Below are positions 36,982 through 51,814 of a stretch of 64,000 bases of DNA, one piece after another. Both the position numbers and the translations under genes were made by a program. Origin of the DNA: Octopus sinensis. Its lineage: Eukaryota. Below the pieces are notes generated by a model, which worked only from the letters and a program-made list of their open reading frames with translations, did not search any database and was not told where the DNA came from. Within the stretch, counting starts at the first letter, position 1, and each line of letters opens with the position of its first letter. Where the stretch lies: positions 60,698,001 through 60,762,000 of the forward strand of contig NC_042999.1 in the NCBI RefSeq assembly GCF_006345805.1, read 5' to 3'.

Positions 36982-39759
36982 ATTCTTATATATATATATA
37001 TATATATGTGTGTGTATGAATGTATCTGCATGTAAGTACATAAATATATATATATATACAGAGAGAGAGAGAGAGACATATAAGCATACATGCGTATGTA
37101 TGCATTTACTTATATATATGTATGTGTGTGAAGAAGAAATCTCACACACTGCGTAGGTAATGGATTGGTAGTTTACTTTGACACAAAGTATTACAGTATT
37201 TCTTTCTTTATTTTATTTTCTTCTGGTTATTCAAATTCTGGGTTCAAATCTCATAGAGGTACATTATTTTAATGGTCATGCATCTGCTATTAATAAAATA
37301 AAATGTATCCGTCAATTCCACAATCCTCGACATCAAAACATGCGCAGGCTTGTGCCTGTCTTAGACAGGATTAAATGAACTCGTATAACAACATACAGCG
37401 TAATGTACATTTTTTTATTGTAAGCTTTCCGAACATACACGAAGAATCCTAATATATTAATAGCGATTATTTTAATATACTATACAACGAATTTACTAAC
37501 ATGATTTATTATTTTAGTATCCTCTGACCTTGATAAGGGTAAATGTAGATATAGTCGGAGGTTGCATATTACATATTCAACTGATGTTTCTGTTGGTGTA
37601 CCATTCCTAAAATCAGATTTTCTATCGCTTCTGATCTTGACATATCCAGCTGTTATGAACAGGACAGAAACTTCGGAGCAACGCACTATGAAATCTTTGT
37701 GGAATATATTAACTAAGCCTCTTTATTCTTTAAAAAAATATTTGAGTATATAAATATATAAAATGTACATATATAGATAAAACAAGAAGAAGATAGAGAA
37801 GAATATATATGTAATATAGATGTAGCCTGCTGAATGCTATTCTTTTTTCTATGTTGTTTATTTTCTTAGAAAAAAATAATGACACTGTTTGTTACTACTT
37901 TGGTTTATTTTTTTTTCATATTCTTTGTACCTAATGACCTTTTGATACTATGACGACGTATCTTTTAGAAATAGCTGAAAACTTGAAAAGGCTGCAATCA
38001 ATATTTTGTGAAGAAAATGTCAAAGTGTGCTGCATAAAAGTTATTTTTTTATACTTATTAGAAACAAACATAGCATGGAAAAACAGTTCTAACAAGCAAC
38101 GAAACAACAAAAGCATAAAAAAAACATAGTTGTTTTGTAATATTTATTTTCCCTCCAAAATTTTTCAGTTTATTTCTCTCAGAAAATCATTTATTAGTAT
38201 CTGAAATAATTATAATTTTTCACCACAACTATACTTATTCGTAATCTGCAAAGGTTTCCGAGAATGACATTTTTCAAACATAAAAAAAAACCCAAACGAA
38301 TAATGAATTCAACACATTAGGAGATAAGCGTGAACAGAGGCACAGAATAAAATGCAAATATATAACACTACATTAATATGGCATCAATATTTGTGAGATG
38401 TATAGTAATCAGAAAACATTGAAAAGACTAAAGAGAGATATTTGTGTGAAACTAAAAATAATAGGGAAAGAAAATGTAAAATCCAAATAACAAAATTGAT
38501 ATCTACTTAAATAAATATAAAAACAAATATAGCGTAATTATTTCTGTACTATTCATATACAATTTGAAATTCTGAAAGGCAGATACTAGAATGAAGTGTA
38601 CGCTACGATAAGCCTTGTAAAAAGTACCCGATTTTTGTATCAAGATGTTCAATGCATACTTATTGAAATGGTTTTGTGAAGAAAAATGTTTGTGAAAGTA
38701 TGCACTTATATAAACGACAGGCGTATATACACAGCCGATAATCATACAGTGATTATAAACTGCACATTATTGGATACCAGAATTTTGCATTTACCATTTA
38801 CTTATATCCATATACGTTCCAATCAGTGTGAATCAATACTGCATCAAAATCCCGACATGAATTCCAACTGGAACATATGTCTACATATTTTCGTTATATT
38901 CGGATAACGCATCGCCAAAACACATACCGCATACATACATACACACACGTACATATACATGTGTGTGTATGTCATTATTCAGTTTTATTTCAAGATTTCT
39001 TGCCAATAGAGAAAGAGACGGGTTCCAACCCAGATACAAGGCTCATTCTTTGGAATTTCAACATCCACACACACAGGGTATTTTTGTGCGTATGTATGTA
39101 GATATGTATACATGCATGCATCTATGTATGCATTTATGTATGTATATATATGTACAAATTTTTATGTTTAGTGTTTATGCATGTCTTCTCATGCATATAC
39201 ATGTCTTCTCATGCATATACATGTATGAATGTATGTTTCATGTATGTATTCTCATGAATATAATTACATATCTAGACAAGCTCAGATATACTTAAATGAT
39301 AAACGTCAGGAAAGTTTTACTGATATATTACAGTTCCAGTGATGGCTTCTATCTGTAGTCTTTGAATCAGCTTTCTCCTTTCTGGTTTGAGAAGCCTAAT
39401 TTCTGAAGATTGGTATTTAGGCAGTGTGTTACGTATACCAAGGCCTCAAGAATTACAGGTATAAAACTGAACTTGTTATAAAGTTACTGCATACTTCTCA
39501 ATAGTTTAACGTAAGTATTCTCTTTTTCACTGATCTTCAGCAGGACAGCTGATTTCCAAAACAGTACACAGTATAGATATAGATGGGTTCTGGTGCGTGG
39601 TGAAAGAGACAGATTGCGTGAGTAAGAGACAAATTGCGCCAATACCTACCAATCAGAGTAGTGGACACAACGGGGTCCAATAGCAGCCAAAGGCTAGCAG
39701 TTATCTGCTACGTTAGAATGTACGTATATATATATATATATATAATAAAGAGAAGAGGG

Positions 39760-40140
39760 GAATTGCACACGAGTGTATGCTACAACAGTTTCTCTTCTCT
39801 ATCTCAAATCATTATATCATGTCTAGTGTGCGTTCATTTTAAAGAGGTTTTCACTAGGACATTCCATAATTACTCCTTATTATGGGTGGCTATGGCTTCC
39901 GCCACACTGTGGGTTCTTATTTCTTATTCTTTCGACGGATCTCTTTATACAGTGCGCCGGATTATTATGTCTCATCGGTAGATAACACCGTGATGACATT
40001 TTCGGACAACTGCTTATGATGTGGATGGTATCTTCGGTATTAACGCCACAGAGTCTGCATCGGTTGTCAAATTTGTATGTATACGTCGCCGAATGGTTCA
40101 GAACCAAGTGCACAGAAACAGATGCCACTGTGGTACCTGT
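39760..40140 (-). mobile_element. R4/Dong-like RLE LINE fragment (CCHC knuckle + start of the restriction-like endonuclease)
   Basis: CRLCGVNTEDTIHIISSCPKMSSRCYLPMRHN, then WNVLVKTS..TRHDIMI.DREEK. Confidence 0.8.
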
Positions 40141-40384
40141 TTCCAAGTGCTTTTGTTTTCAATAACCTGTTTCTGCTTCTACCATGTGAGTAGAGTTACT
40201 TCCTCGAAACCACCATCGCCATATTGAAATCGGCCGAAAAGATTTTATCCCTATTTAAGAGGTAAGGCTTGATCACACATGAGCAAGGCTGTTTATTCAA
40301 AAGTACTGCTTTAAGCACGCACGTCATTATTGAATACTCAGTCAGTAATTAGATTAAACTATTCTGGTAGTTGAAAACTAAGTC

Positions 40385-40506
<122 letters not shown>

Positions 40507-40536
40507 ATATATATATATATATATATATAAACACAT

Positions 40537-40573
<37 letters not shown>

Positions 40574-40577
40574 GATC

Positions 40578-40632
<55 letters not shown>

Positions 40633-40690
40633 GTGTGTGTGTGTGTGTCGGTAGCTCGATAGTTATATGGAGAGATACTGAGCGAATTTG

Positions 40691-40722
<32 letters not shown>

Positions 40723-40725
<3 letters not shown>

Positions 40726-41325
40726 TGTCAAACTAACACCAGAGCTTGAAGCAGTCCAACACTACTCCACTAAAAAGACTAAAACAGTGCAGTAGATAAG
40801 CTTCAGGGAAAGGCTGAACACTGCAAATTTACTCCCTGGAGCGAAAGCCCAACAGATATGTAATGATCTAAATTTATAAAATTCTAGAAATGTTAGTATT
40901 TAATTTCGTCATTGAATGTTATACAATGTCAGACCTGAACGCCATTGTATTGCACCAAAGGTATCCTCCGCTCTATATACATTGAGGACAAGGTACTGCA
41001 GTAGCCTAAGTTACAAAGGCTGATGACTTTTCAATGCCCTGCCACAAAAATTAAGAAATCTGCATAGGGGGTATTATATATCTTCAAAAAAATATAAAAA
41101 AATAGACATCCTGCTTTCCACAACACTGGACATGATGGGCATGAAATCTGAGCAGCAGAAAGAAATTCCCTTTAACACCAAATGGGTGTTTAAGGACAAA
41201 GGCACATAGCGGAGTGGTGATGTGAAACACCCCAGACTGAGGAAACCACCGTAAATACGGTGGCGTTCCAGCCAGATAGCATCCGCATGGCTGAAACGAG
41301 TGAAAACATAAAAGAATAAAAGAAT
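40723..41325 (+). mobile_element. CR1/L2-superfamily LINE 3' end with 3' UTR and (aaagaat)n tail
   Basis: ELEAVQHYSTKK..SFRERLN..YSLER; LFNALPQKLRNL; AAERNSL.HQ; ends ggtggcgttccagcc..gcatggctgaaacgagtgaaaacataaaagaataaaagaat. Confidence 0.75.
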
Positions 41326-41546
41326 GTATATGCGTGTGTGTGTGTGTGTGTTTGTGTGTATGTTTGTATATCTGTCTGTATGTATATGTGTGAGTAAGTG
41401 TGTAAATATATATATGTGTGTATATATATATATATAGATATAGATATATATACGCCTATGCTCACACATGCACACACAACTATATCTATAGCGCATTCCA
41501 TATATGTGTATGTGTGTGTATGTGCGCGCGCATGTGTTGGGGTTTA

Positions 41547-41596
<50 letters not shown>

Positions 41597-42437
41597 ATAT
41601 ATAATATATGACACGAAAATCATACGGGAGACCTCTGTCCCGTGCTAAGGTTTAGTGAAAATATTTCTCCGTAACAAAATGTGAATAACTCTCTTACGAG
41701 TTCGAATATGCTTGAAGCATATACGAGACATATAGACGTACAGGAACATATGTATACATACACATTTATTTATATATCTGTATACGAGTATGTGTTTTGC
41801 CTGTGTGGCTGTGTGAGTGTGTGCACTTATGCTTCTGCATAAATAGTAAACTTACTGATTTCCTCCTTCAATGACATTTTCCCATGTACATTTCTTTCAG
41901 CATTTCTTGCATATAGATTAAAGAACCAGTAAATATCTTCAAAGACATTAATTCTATCAAGATTTCGAATGCCATTGACTCACTTCTAAGATTTAAGCCC
42001 TAGCTGCAATTGATTTCTTTAGTACAAATCGTCTTTCATACTGTATATGTTAAAAATGAAATCGCTACATATCATACCAGATCACGTATTATTTGCCCGA
42101 TTAACTTACAGGTTGTGCTTGATATCAGTAGGTTTTCAACAAAGATTTCTTCTTATTCAAATCTTTATAGCACCCTTTTTTTTCAATTTCCACATGATAA
42201 GAATAGCCTCTATTTTGTTTATCTTTGTTCAGGCGTTTGAAACTATGGAGATTTTTATAGAAAGGGGGTTATTTTTCAGTCTGTATATTTCTCCACATTT
42301 CTGAAATGTGTGCACTTGTTCTAACATGTAGAAAATCATTAATGGTCGGCTACATGCATCATCTGACACAATACACACACGCACACACACACAGAAATGC
42401 TTTCATGCTCACATAATACCACATAATATAATTCGTA

Positions 42438-42774
42438 TAAAGTAAAGACCCCCTTCGGTCATGAATGACCATGGGATTGCACCTAGAAAGTTACCCTCCT
42501 AGACACAAGTCCGGGCAAGGTTGTTTATGGAAGGCCAGCAGTCGCCCATGCATACCAGCCTCCCCTCTCCACGCCACCAGTGTTATCCAAGGGAAAGACA
42601 AAGGTCGATACAGTTTGGCACCCATGACGTCGCAACTCATTTCTACAGCTGAGTGAACTGGAGCAACGTGAAATAAAGTGCCTTGCTCAAGAACACAACA
42701 CGCAGCCCGGTCCGGGATTCGAGCTCACAACCTCACGATCGTAAGCTCGACGCTCTAACCACTGAGCCATGCGC
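42438..42774 (-). mobile_element. tRNA-derived SINE family C (CORE-like central domain)
   Basis: Minus head gcgcatggctcagtggttagagcgtcg..ggttgtgagctcgaatcccgg (A and B boxes); core cttgagcaaggcactttatttcacgttgctccagttcactcagctgtagaaatgagt; tail ggtctttac. Confidence 0.85.
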
Positions 42775-42940
42775 TCGTATATATCTATACATACATACAT
42801 ACTTATGTGTATTTTTTGTGTGCCTAAATATACATATATATTACATACACAACCACTACATATACATATTATATATATATAATATATATATATACATATA
42901 TACATTTACATACATACCTACATATATATATATATATACC

Positions 42941-43003
<63 letters not shown>

Positions 43004-43459
43004 GTTTCCATTAATTTTGTTTATATTATAACATGATGTAATATTCTTCACCATTCAGTAATAGGAAGAAGTGAAAAATACATAAAGAGTGCTGAGACAT
43101 TTGTAGGGAAAATGGAAATAAGGTTACCACAACATTGAGACCCCGATTCAATACTTACGACAGAATAAAGAGTGCAGACGGGGAAACAAGCAACTTTGTT
43201 GTGATGTTAAAACTCGTGATAAGATAAAAAAATATTAACCGGCTTTCTGGTTGTTTTCTACAGAGGTCCTGGCAATCAAATTTCAATCAGGACTTTTCAT
43301 TTGAATATGGTCATATGGTCATTGGATTAATGTAATTTGTTGTGAAATCGGATAGGATATCAAGTGTGTGTGAGGCAACCATTTCAAAAAAAGAAAAATT
43401 ACACATCATTGGTGATTGAAAGTTAGAAAGACACAGTAAAATACGGATTACTGCACTGT

Positions 43460-43740
43460 ATGTGCATACACGCAGCAAGTTTAGATGGGCTGGACGCGTC
43501 ATCCGGCTCACCGATAATCAGTGGACCCACGCAGTTGTCGAGTGGTACCAGCGCGAGCGGAAACGACCACCCGGAAGGCCTCCACGACGGTGGAGTTACG
43601 ATTTCAGGAGGACGATTGGGATCACGTGGATGAGAAAGGCGCGATCCAGAGAGGAGTGGACAGCGTGCTGTGACTAGCGGTGTCAAATGGACGCCCGACG
43701 GATTGGTCGGTTAAGGTCAATGTGAAGTGCATACCAGGAT
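43460..43740 (+). mobile_element. RTE-1-like LINE 3' fragment
   Basis: KFRWAGRVIRLTDNQWTHAVVEWYQRERKRPPGRPPRRWSYDF..WMRKARSREEW. Confidence 0.85.
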
Positions 43741-44634
43741 ATCAAGGATATCACAGTATCAAAACAGATTTTGTTTGAATAATCGTTATACCAAGAGGAC
43801 ACCGGTTAAGACACGCAGGTTCCAGGAGGCAGAAGGGAAATTACTTAGTATCGAACAACTTTTGTGGGACTCCAAACAGTAGACTCTTCACTTATGAACA
43901 CCAGCTCCAATATGTTTCACCTTGCGTAACAAGCAAAACTGAAAAAGTATTTTATCGAAAATATCCTTTCGCCTATAATATAATATGATTGCATAGCATT
44001 AGGTAAGGTTGAAATTATTGTTTGTTTGCTTTCATAACAATTTCCAATTTAAATATTGAACCTGAGGGAATTCACACGAACATATTTATAACTTAAAAAA
44101 CTCACATCTCTGACATGAAATTTCCATTTTCTGGAAGAAAATAAACAAGAAGAAGAAAAAAAAAAAGAACGACAGAAGTTACTAAAATAAATATATATGT
44201 TTAGATTTAGCTAAATTCACATAAACAACAATCTTAAACACAGAGACATATAAAAACACATGCTTACAGGCACTTAAACACACATACACACACACACAAA
44301 TATATAACGATATAAACGAACGCAGTTTTGTCTAAGGACAATGCAATTTCTATTCAAACAAATTAGAATTACTGCAAAGAAAAAAAACCAAATATTTCCT
44401 ACAATACACTTGCTAGAATTCATATGATAACATATTCATAGTTTGAGGCTTCCTCAATGGTATTGGGAACTTGTATTAATGTAAGAAAAACAAAAAGAAA
44501 ACAGAAAAAACAGATGCAAATTGACGAAAAACTTACTTTCAAGGTTATAACTTGTATTAATGCATCATTTGTGATGTTATTTCTTTTCGCCTGAACTTTG
44601 AATATGTGGCGTAACAAAGCGTATGAGAAATATA

Positions 44635-44698
<64 letters not shown>

Positions 44699-44700
44699 TG

Positions 44701-44731
<31 letters not shown>

Positions 44732-45703
44732 GTATCTATGTATGTATGTATGAGTGTGTGTTTATGAATGTATATACATACCTATTTATGTTTATACATA
44801 TATATATATATATTTATGTATGTATATTTATATATATATACTTGTATATGTGTGCGCGTATATATATGTGTATATATGTATATGTGTATATGTCTGACTG
44901 AAGATTGAAGGCTTCGAATGATTTGTCTGTGTTCCGTGTTCGTCCCTTCCTGTATTTCACGTTCATTATATATAAAAACATTCATTCTTATATGTATATA
45001 TATATGTGTGTGTGAGTATATGTGTGCATATACATATATATGTGTGTGTGTATATATATATATATGTATATATATATATGTATGCATATATGTATATGTA
45101 TGCGCGTGTGTGTGCATGTGTGTGTGTGTGTATCTTAGGTAAAACAAACGAACGAAAAACCAAATATATAGTAGATAAAAAGGAAAAATGGAGAAGAAAA
45201 TTGGAAAATAAATGATTTATTTCACAAGAATAAAAAAAGTACATGAAAACGATTTGTCGGTGAAAAAGAGATTGGAAAAAAGCGGAGAAAATAGAGAAAT
45301 TGAAAAGAGTGCGCAAGTGAAAAGAATGGAATGCACTCCCTTAGAGATTAATAAAACATATTTGGAATAGATGTGTATGAATGAAGAAGAGAAGTATTAA
45401 AATATAATTAAACTAGAAGAAAAAATATAAATGACAAGTATCAAAATAGGTTAGCGCAAAACAGGGTTTCGTAAACAAACGAAATAAATTTAACGGAAAT
45501 AGGAAATTAGGCAAGAAAATTGTATCAAAAACACATCCATACACACTCTCAAAGTTTATAGATATATGTGTGTATGTGTGTGTATGTGTGTGTATGTGTG
45601 TGTATGTGTATGTATGTATTTCATCAGAAATACATGATACATACCCATACACTCGTGCACACATACAATAACATATCATATGTATAATGCTTATGATATA
45701 TAT

Positions 45704-45746
<43 letters not shown>

Positions 45747-45917
45747 ATATTGCGTGTGTGTGTGTGTATGCGTGTGTGCGTGCGTGTGTGTCTGTGTGTG
45801 TGTGTGTGTGTATGTGCGTGTATAAATACATATTTAAAAATTGCCACCACGTCTGTTTCTCACTATGTAGGTCATCATCATGCACAAATCTACTGTTTGA
45901 AACAATCACTGATACAT

Positions 45918-45985
<68 letters not shown>

Positions 45986-45986
<1 letters not shown>

Positions 45987-46150
45987 CGACGGGCTTCTTT
46001 CAATTTCCGCCTACCAAATCCACTCACAAGGGTTTGGTCGGTCCTAGGCTATAGTAAAAGACACCTCACCCCAAGGTTCCACCCTGTGGGATCGAACCCG
46101 GAAGCATGTGGTTGGAAAGAAAGCTTCTTACCACACAACCACACCTGCAC
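45986..46150 (-). mobile_element. SINE family B 5' half
   Basis: acgacgggcttctttcaatttccgcctaccaaatccactcacaagg...aagcttcttaccacacaaccacacctgcac. Confidence 0.8.
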
Positions 46151-46163
46151 CTCTCTCTCTCTG

Positions 46164-46427
<264 letters not shown>

Positions 46428-46841
46428 ATGTATGTGTGTATGTATATGATTTACATTTTCCATCACGTTTTCTTATTCGTTTTCTATGCTGTACTTAATG
46501 TGATACATTAGTATTTGAAATTCTGAAATGATAGGAGCGATGTATTGTTGTGCATCTTCTGTTCGGCTCTGAGGTTTCATGTTCAATATGTAATAAGAGT
46601 GAACTTTATCATTACTGCTTGAAATAACACGTCACGGTTAGCTCCTGATACCATTCCTTGAGAATATTTCTTGTATCTTGTATCTATTTGTTGGATTATT
46701 TTTAGTAGTTTGCTCTTTATAAAGCTGATATAGATAGACATAATTATGTAGAATCTTCTCAGAGATTTGCAACCCCATATAACATTTCGAAAACAGATAT
46801 TTTCCACCTGTATATGTCTTAAAATGATCACCAAAATTCGA

Positions 46842-47015
46842 AAGGCATGCTGGTAGAATCGTTCGTGTGCTGGAGAACATGCTTAGTAGAATTTCTGCTG
46901 ACCTTTCTTTCTGAGTTGAAATTCTGCCAATTCAACTTTGCCGTTCATCTCTTTCGATGTCGATCAAATCAGTATCACTTATGCAATGCGGTCGATGTAA
47001 TCGGCTATTTTCCTT
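46842..47015 (+). mobile_element. Degenerate SINE family A
   Basis: ctggtagaatcgtt..ttctgagttgaaattctgccaattcaactttgccgttcatctctttcgatgtcgat. Confidence 0.65.
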
Positions 47016-47360
47016 TCACTTAAGTCTAAAGTAGAAAGGGCTTCTATTAAAATTCTAACTATGCATATACAGAGAGATACAACCCATGAAATATATAATG
47101 AAAATTTCTCACCATTTAACTATTAAAAAAATTCAACAATCAAGTGTTAATCACTTGTAATATTTTACTGTCATTTACATGAGCCTCCGCTGCCTACTGG
47201 ACAACGCATCAAAATATAAGCAACAAATGCTATTTCACTCAGATTGCCAAGCCGAGGCCTTGAAAGATAAATGGCCACAGACTAAAAGAAAGTTCGAGTT
47301 GAGTGTATATCTGTATACGCATGCATATGCATATTTTATGCATTTATGTAGGTATGGTAT

Positions 47361-47410
<50 letters not shown>

Positions 47411-47411
47411 A

Positions 47412-47457
<46 letters not shown>

Positions 47458-47550
47458 TGATAAAAATTGTAAGACAACAAAAGAACGAAACAGACCTCGA
47501 TATTATGTAAATAGAGGAATTTATCTGTAAATGTAGTATATATAAGTAAC

Positions 47551-47800
47551 AAAGATGTACAGATGTCAATTCATTACAGCCCTTTCAAGTCATTCATCTA
47601 ATTGATTAATGAAAAAAATTACATCATTGTAAAGAAACCGTTTTCGTCAGATGACTGCATTGACTTCAAAAACAAACGGCAGAGCAAACTGCTTTAACAT
47701 ATCCGTACCAACGGTTTCTTTGCAATGATGTAATGTTTTCATTAATAAAATACAAGAGTCGCTTGAAACAGCTGTAATGGATTGACACCTGTACATCTTT
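47551..47800. repeat. ~250 bp fold-back hairpin, apparently derived from a pLTR-like element, with partial hammerhead motifs
   Basis: aaagatgtacagatgtcaattcattacagc../..gctgtaatggattgacacctgtacatcttt and attaatgaaaa..aagaaaccgtt/aacggtttcttt..ttttcattaat; contains GAAACAGCUGUA (plus) and CUGACGA (minus). Confidence 0.85.
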
Positions 47801-48083
47801 TTACTCATTTATATTTTATTCCCATACCCTGAAATCTGCGCTACAGAAATCTTATAGAAAGTACTTTTGTACTTTTATATAAAGCGCGTCTGAGCAACCA
47901 AGAGCGGATGTCTTCACTAAGTTGGGTAATCTGCATACACAGTAAGAATATCAAGCGCAAACGATTCTGAACAGAGTTTGATATTCACCTGATATTGTTT
48001 GGGTGTGCAAAGTAGATCGACTTTCACAAAGTTGTCTCAATTTAAACACATAATTCAACCGAACCTTAATTTTATATATATAT

Positions 48084-48142
48084 ATAGCGAAAGCGAAACC
48101 GATCAGAAATACATTACAAGGTGTGTGTGTATATGTATATAT

Positions 48143-48184
<42 letters not shown>

Positions 48185-48186
48185 AT

Positions 48187-48218
<32 letters not shown>

Positions 48219-48474
48219 CATATATACATATATACATATACACACACACACCTGTAATGTATTTCTAACCGGTTTCGCTTTCGCTATCATGACATTAAAA
48301 TTTGTTCAAATTCGTATTTTCTTAAGAAGAATGTTTGTGCATGTTGTGTGTGGAGTTCATAAACTTACAACATGGACAAAAACACACACAACATGAACAA
48401 AAAATTCTTCTTACCAAAATACGAATTTAAATAATTTGTAATGTCATAAATAGATAGCGAAACGAAACCGGTTA
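48084..48474. repeat. Chained double fold-back (A-(TA)n-A' overlapping A'-B-B'-A)
   Basis: The motif atagcgaaagcgaaaccg occurs at 48084 (+), at ~48266-48287 (-) and at 48454 (+). Inner arms 48288-48345 and 48383-48447 are complementary. Confidence 0.85.
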
Positions 48475-48595
48475 CAAACACAATACAAGATATGAAAACT
48501 ATGTAAAATGTGTGCATTTTTCTTCTTTAATTTCCTATATATATTACAACTTACCACGTGGGGATAATCGAAACTCCTCCCACTTTATTACTATA

Positions 48596-48626
<31 letters not shown>

Positions 48627-49282
48627 CATATATATCAGCGTACACGCTTGCACTTGAAAATACATGTGGATATATATATGGATATATGTATGAAAGACTA
48701 TATCTATGCGCGTTGTCATGTACATATTTAGGCATATATGCATGCATTAGAAGCAATTCTTACCTCCTGTATCCAATTTTCCTTAAAGATATTTTCCTTG
48801 TTTGAGAAATACCGTTTCTCAGCTGACGTATTTTCATACTTATATATTTGTTATACTTTAGTTATATTTTAATAACTCCATTCCTTATTGCCTCCTATTT
48901 ATCAAACATTTTTTTATCTTAGTACCTAAGGGACCATTTTTTTTCAACCTTTTCTCTGTCAAATTGCTTTGAATTTCCTTTTCCTCACTACAGCTTTTCT
49001 CCGACAAATAGTTTTCATATTTTCTTCTTATGATATAAATCATTTATTTTCTAATATTCTTCTCCATCTTTCTCCTATTTATCATTCGTTTCATTTCAGT
49101 AATACTTATGTTCCTTTCGTTTTGTTACACCATACATTCAAAGACCGCGAAAGGAAATATTCCTTACGTGTAGCTAGATTCCTTATGGTATATATGCAAC
49201 AATAAAATGCATTAAACACGATACTATAGTAATCAGCTATTCTCAAGTATATAGAGCTATACATAGATAATACATCTATATA

Positions 49283-49361
<79 letters not shown>

Positions 49362-49706
49362 TATAATATACATATATAGGTATGTATATATATACATACC
49401 TATACCTAACGTTCTCAAATAATCTTTGTACATGTGATATTTTGTTGTGTTCCCTCCATATCTACGTGAATTATTTTTGAGTAAGCACTTTCAGGGAGAT
49501 TCTTCTTAAAGTAGTAGAAATGGCTAAAGAAAATTTTTTGGGGCTGGTATTTCTAAAAATTTCAGTATGTGGCAAAGTAAATTATTTTACTGAGCCCTTA
49601 ATTATATAAAGTAATATTTTGAATACGCCTTAAATGGTCCTTTTACATACTGAACACTACTTGGTGAAATTAATTAATAACTAATTGATTTTACCCTTAA
49701 TTATTG

Positions 49707-49778
<72 letters not shown>

Positions 49779-50532
49779 TATATATATATATATATAATAT
49801 CGCTCTTCCAGTTATAAGAGTTTTAGATATATACATTGCTTGATATCTTTCATTATATAGTTAATTTCAATTCCTTCCAGTTATATCCCCTTCTCGATGA
49901 GAGTGGTTAATGATTACAGCTAGATTTTGATTTCTGCGTAAAGAATATCAGAAAGCAACGTTTTTATTTTACAGTGAAATGCCATTTAGATTAATGACTA
50001 AAAATCATGCCACCGGCGCCTTTCAGGTCTTTCGTTTGTCACATTTTATTATACTCATGCAAATTAATATTATTGAAATACAAATGTATTTTTTTTTCCT
50101 TTTTCTATAATTAAAAGACGTCTACATGCTGGTCTGCAAATCTAGTTAGCTATTATGCTAATGCGATCAAATTGACCAAAACATAGAACTTAATTTTCTC
50201 CCTTAAATGAAGGAAATACATTTCGTAGTTAAAGTTAACGAAGTTATTTTCAATTTCGAAAGGTTATCTCCTCTTCTGAAAATTAGTAACGAAAGTAAAG
50301 GAAAATTTCAATAAATTACGATTTTATTGCATACGGAATTAAGTGATTATTTCATAGTCATGTGCTGATATTACCAATTATCTTTCTAAGTGCCATAGTG
50401 TTTCCTTTGCAAAACTGATATAATCGGGTCTTTTAAAATAAACTAGTCTTACTCTGTTTGTATCATTGAGATATTCCATATTCAAAGCCTTGTGAGTGGA
50501 TTTGGTAGACGAAACATGAAAGAAGCTCGTCG

Positions 50533-50564
<32 letters not shown>

Positions 50565-50649
50565 AAATTATCATATATGTATATATATACATACATATAT
50601 AAACCTATGTATTTATATATATATGCCCATGTATATGTATATATACATC

Positions 50650-50738
<89 letters not shown>

Positions 50739-51715
50739 TTCTATGTATATATGTATATGTAAGTATGCATATATACATACGTGTGTGTGATATGTGTGTG
50801 TGCACGCGCATGTTTTCAGCACGCATACAATATTTAATATCAACAATATAAACACGAAACTGATTTGAGAGATATCATATTACATAACCATAGAATCCTT
50901 ATTTTACAATTTATAGCCTGAGAGCGATTTACTCAACTCTCATATTCTGATAGCATTATGGATATTGAAGAAATTTTAGATTCAGTTGCAAATTTGTTTT
51001 TCTGATCGCTGACACACATAACTTCATAAGTTTTGAAGGCAGAATAAACGTGACGTAAATACTGAATTTGTAAACGCTGGTTTGTCTCTTTGTTGCCGTT
51101 CCTTTACTGTATTCACCTGAGAAATGTTTCACGCTCATCTAAAAGATGTTTGTGGATTAACCACAAGCGTGAGATGGTTCGCAGATGTGAAGCCCCCAAG
51201 CAAAGCATAACTACCACTCGTAGGTAGAACTTCGTAAATATATACCCTGTTTTCACTTCATTTAATTCTCTATATAGTCTCCAGCATGTATAGATATTCT
51301 CTACGATTTTCTACCATTGACCAGAGAAACATGAAGGATTTGAATGTTGGCGGGAGAGTTGGCAGCATTAGTATTGGACTAGTAGTAACATTACCTAGAC
51401 TACAGGGCAGGAACAATAATGAAAGTGGCTTGCTTGAGGAGACAGCGCACGACTCGGATCAGTAACACAACCTACAGAAGTGTGATCGTGAATCCAACAC
51501 TCCAACCGTAATGACACTCTCCTTGACATCTACTGGAAAATCCATCTCACCGGCTAAACAAAGACTCAAGAGGGATTTCAATATGTAGCAACAGGTGACT
51601 CTAAATATAGCCAGCTGGAGCATTTTGGAGCTTATGTCAGCAGGAGCGTATTTAGACTGGAGCGGCATTAATGATAAATAAACTAAACAAGATCATTCAT
51701 AACAATAGTGATGGC

Positions 51716-51723
51716 GGCAATAA

Positions 51724-51814
<91 letters not shown>
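51716..51814 (+). repeat. (AAT)n microsatellite
   Basis: Directly visible; other tracts at 53145-53240 and 63360-63600. Confidence 0.95.

Noticed and set aside
42690-42774. tRNA genes at SINE heads (also 22090-22172 and 23892-23960)
   Set aside because: They have A/B boxes but no complete cloverleaf, and they continue into SINE bodies.
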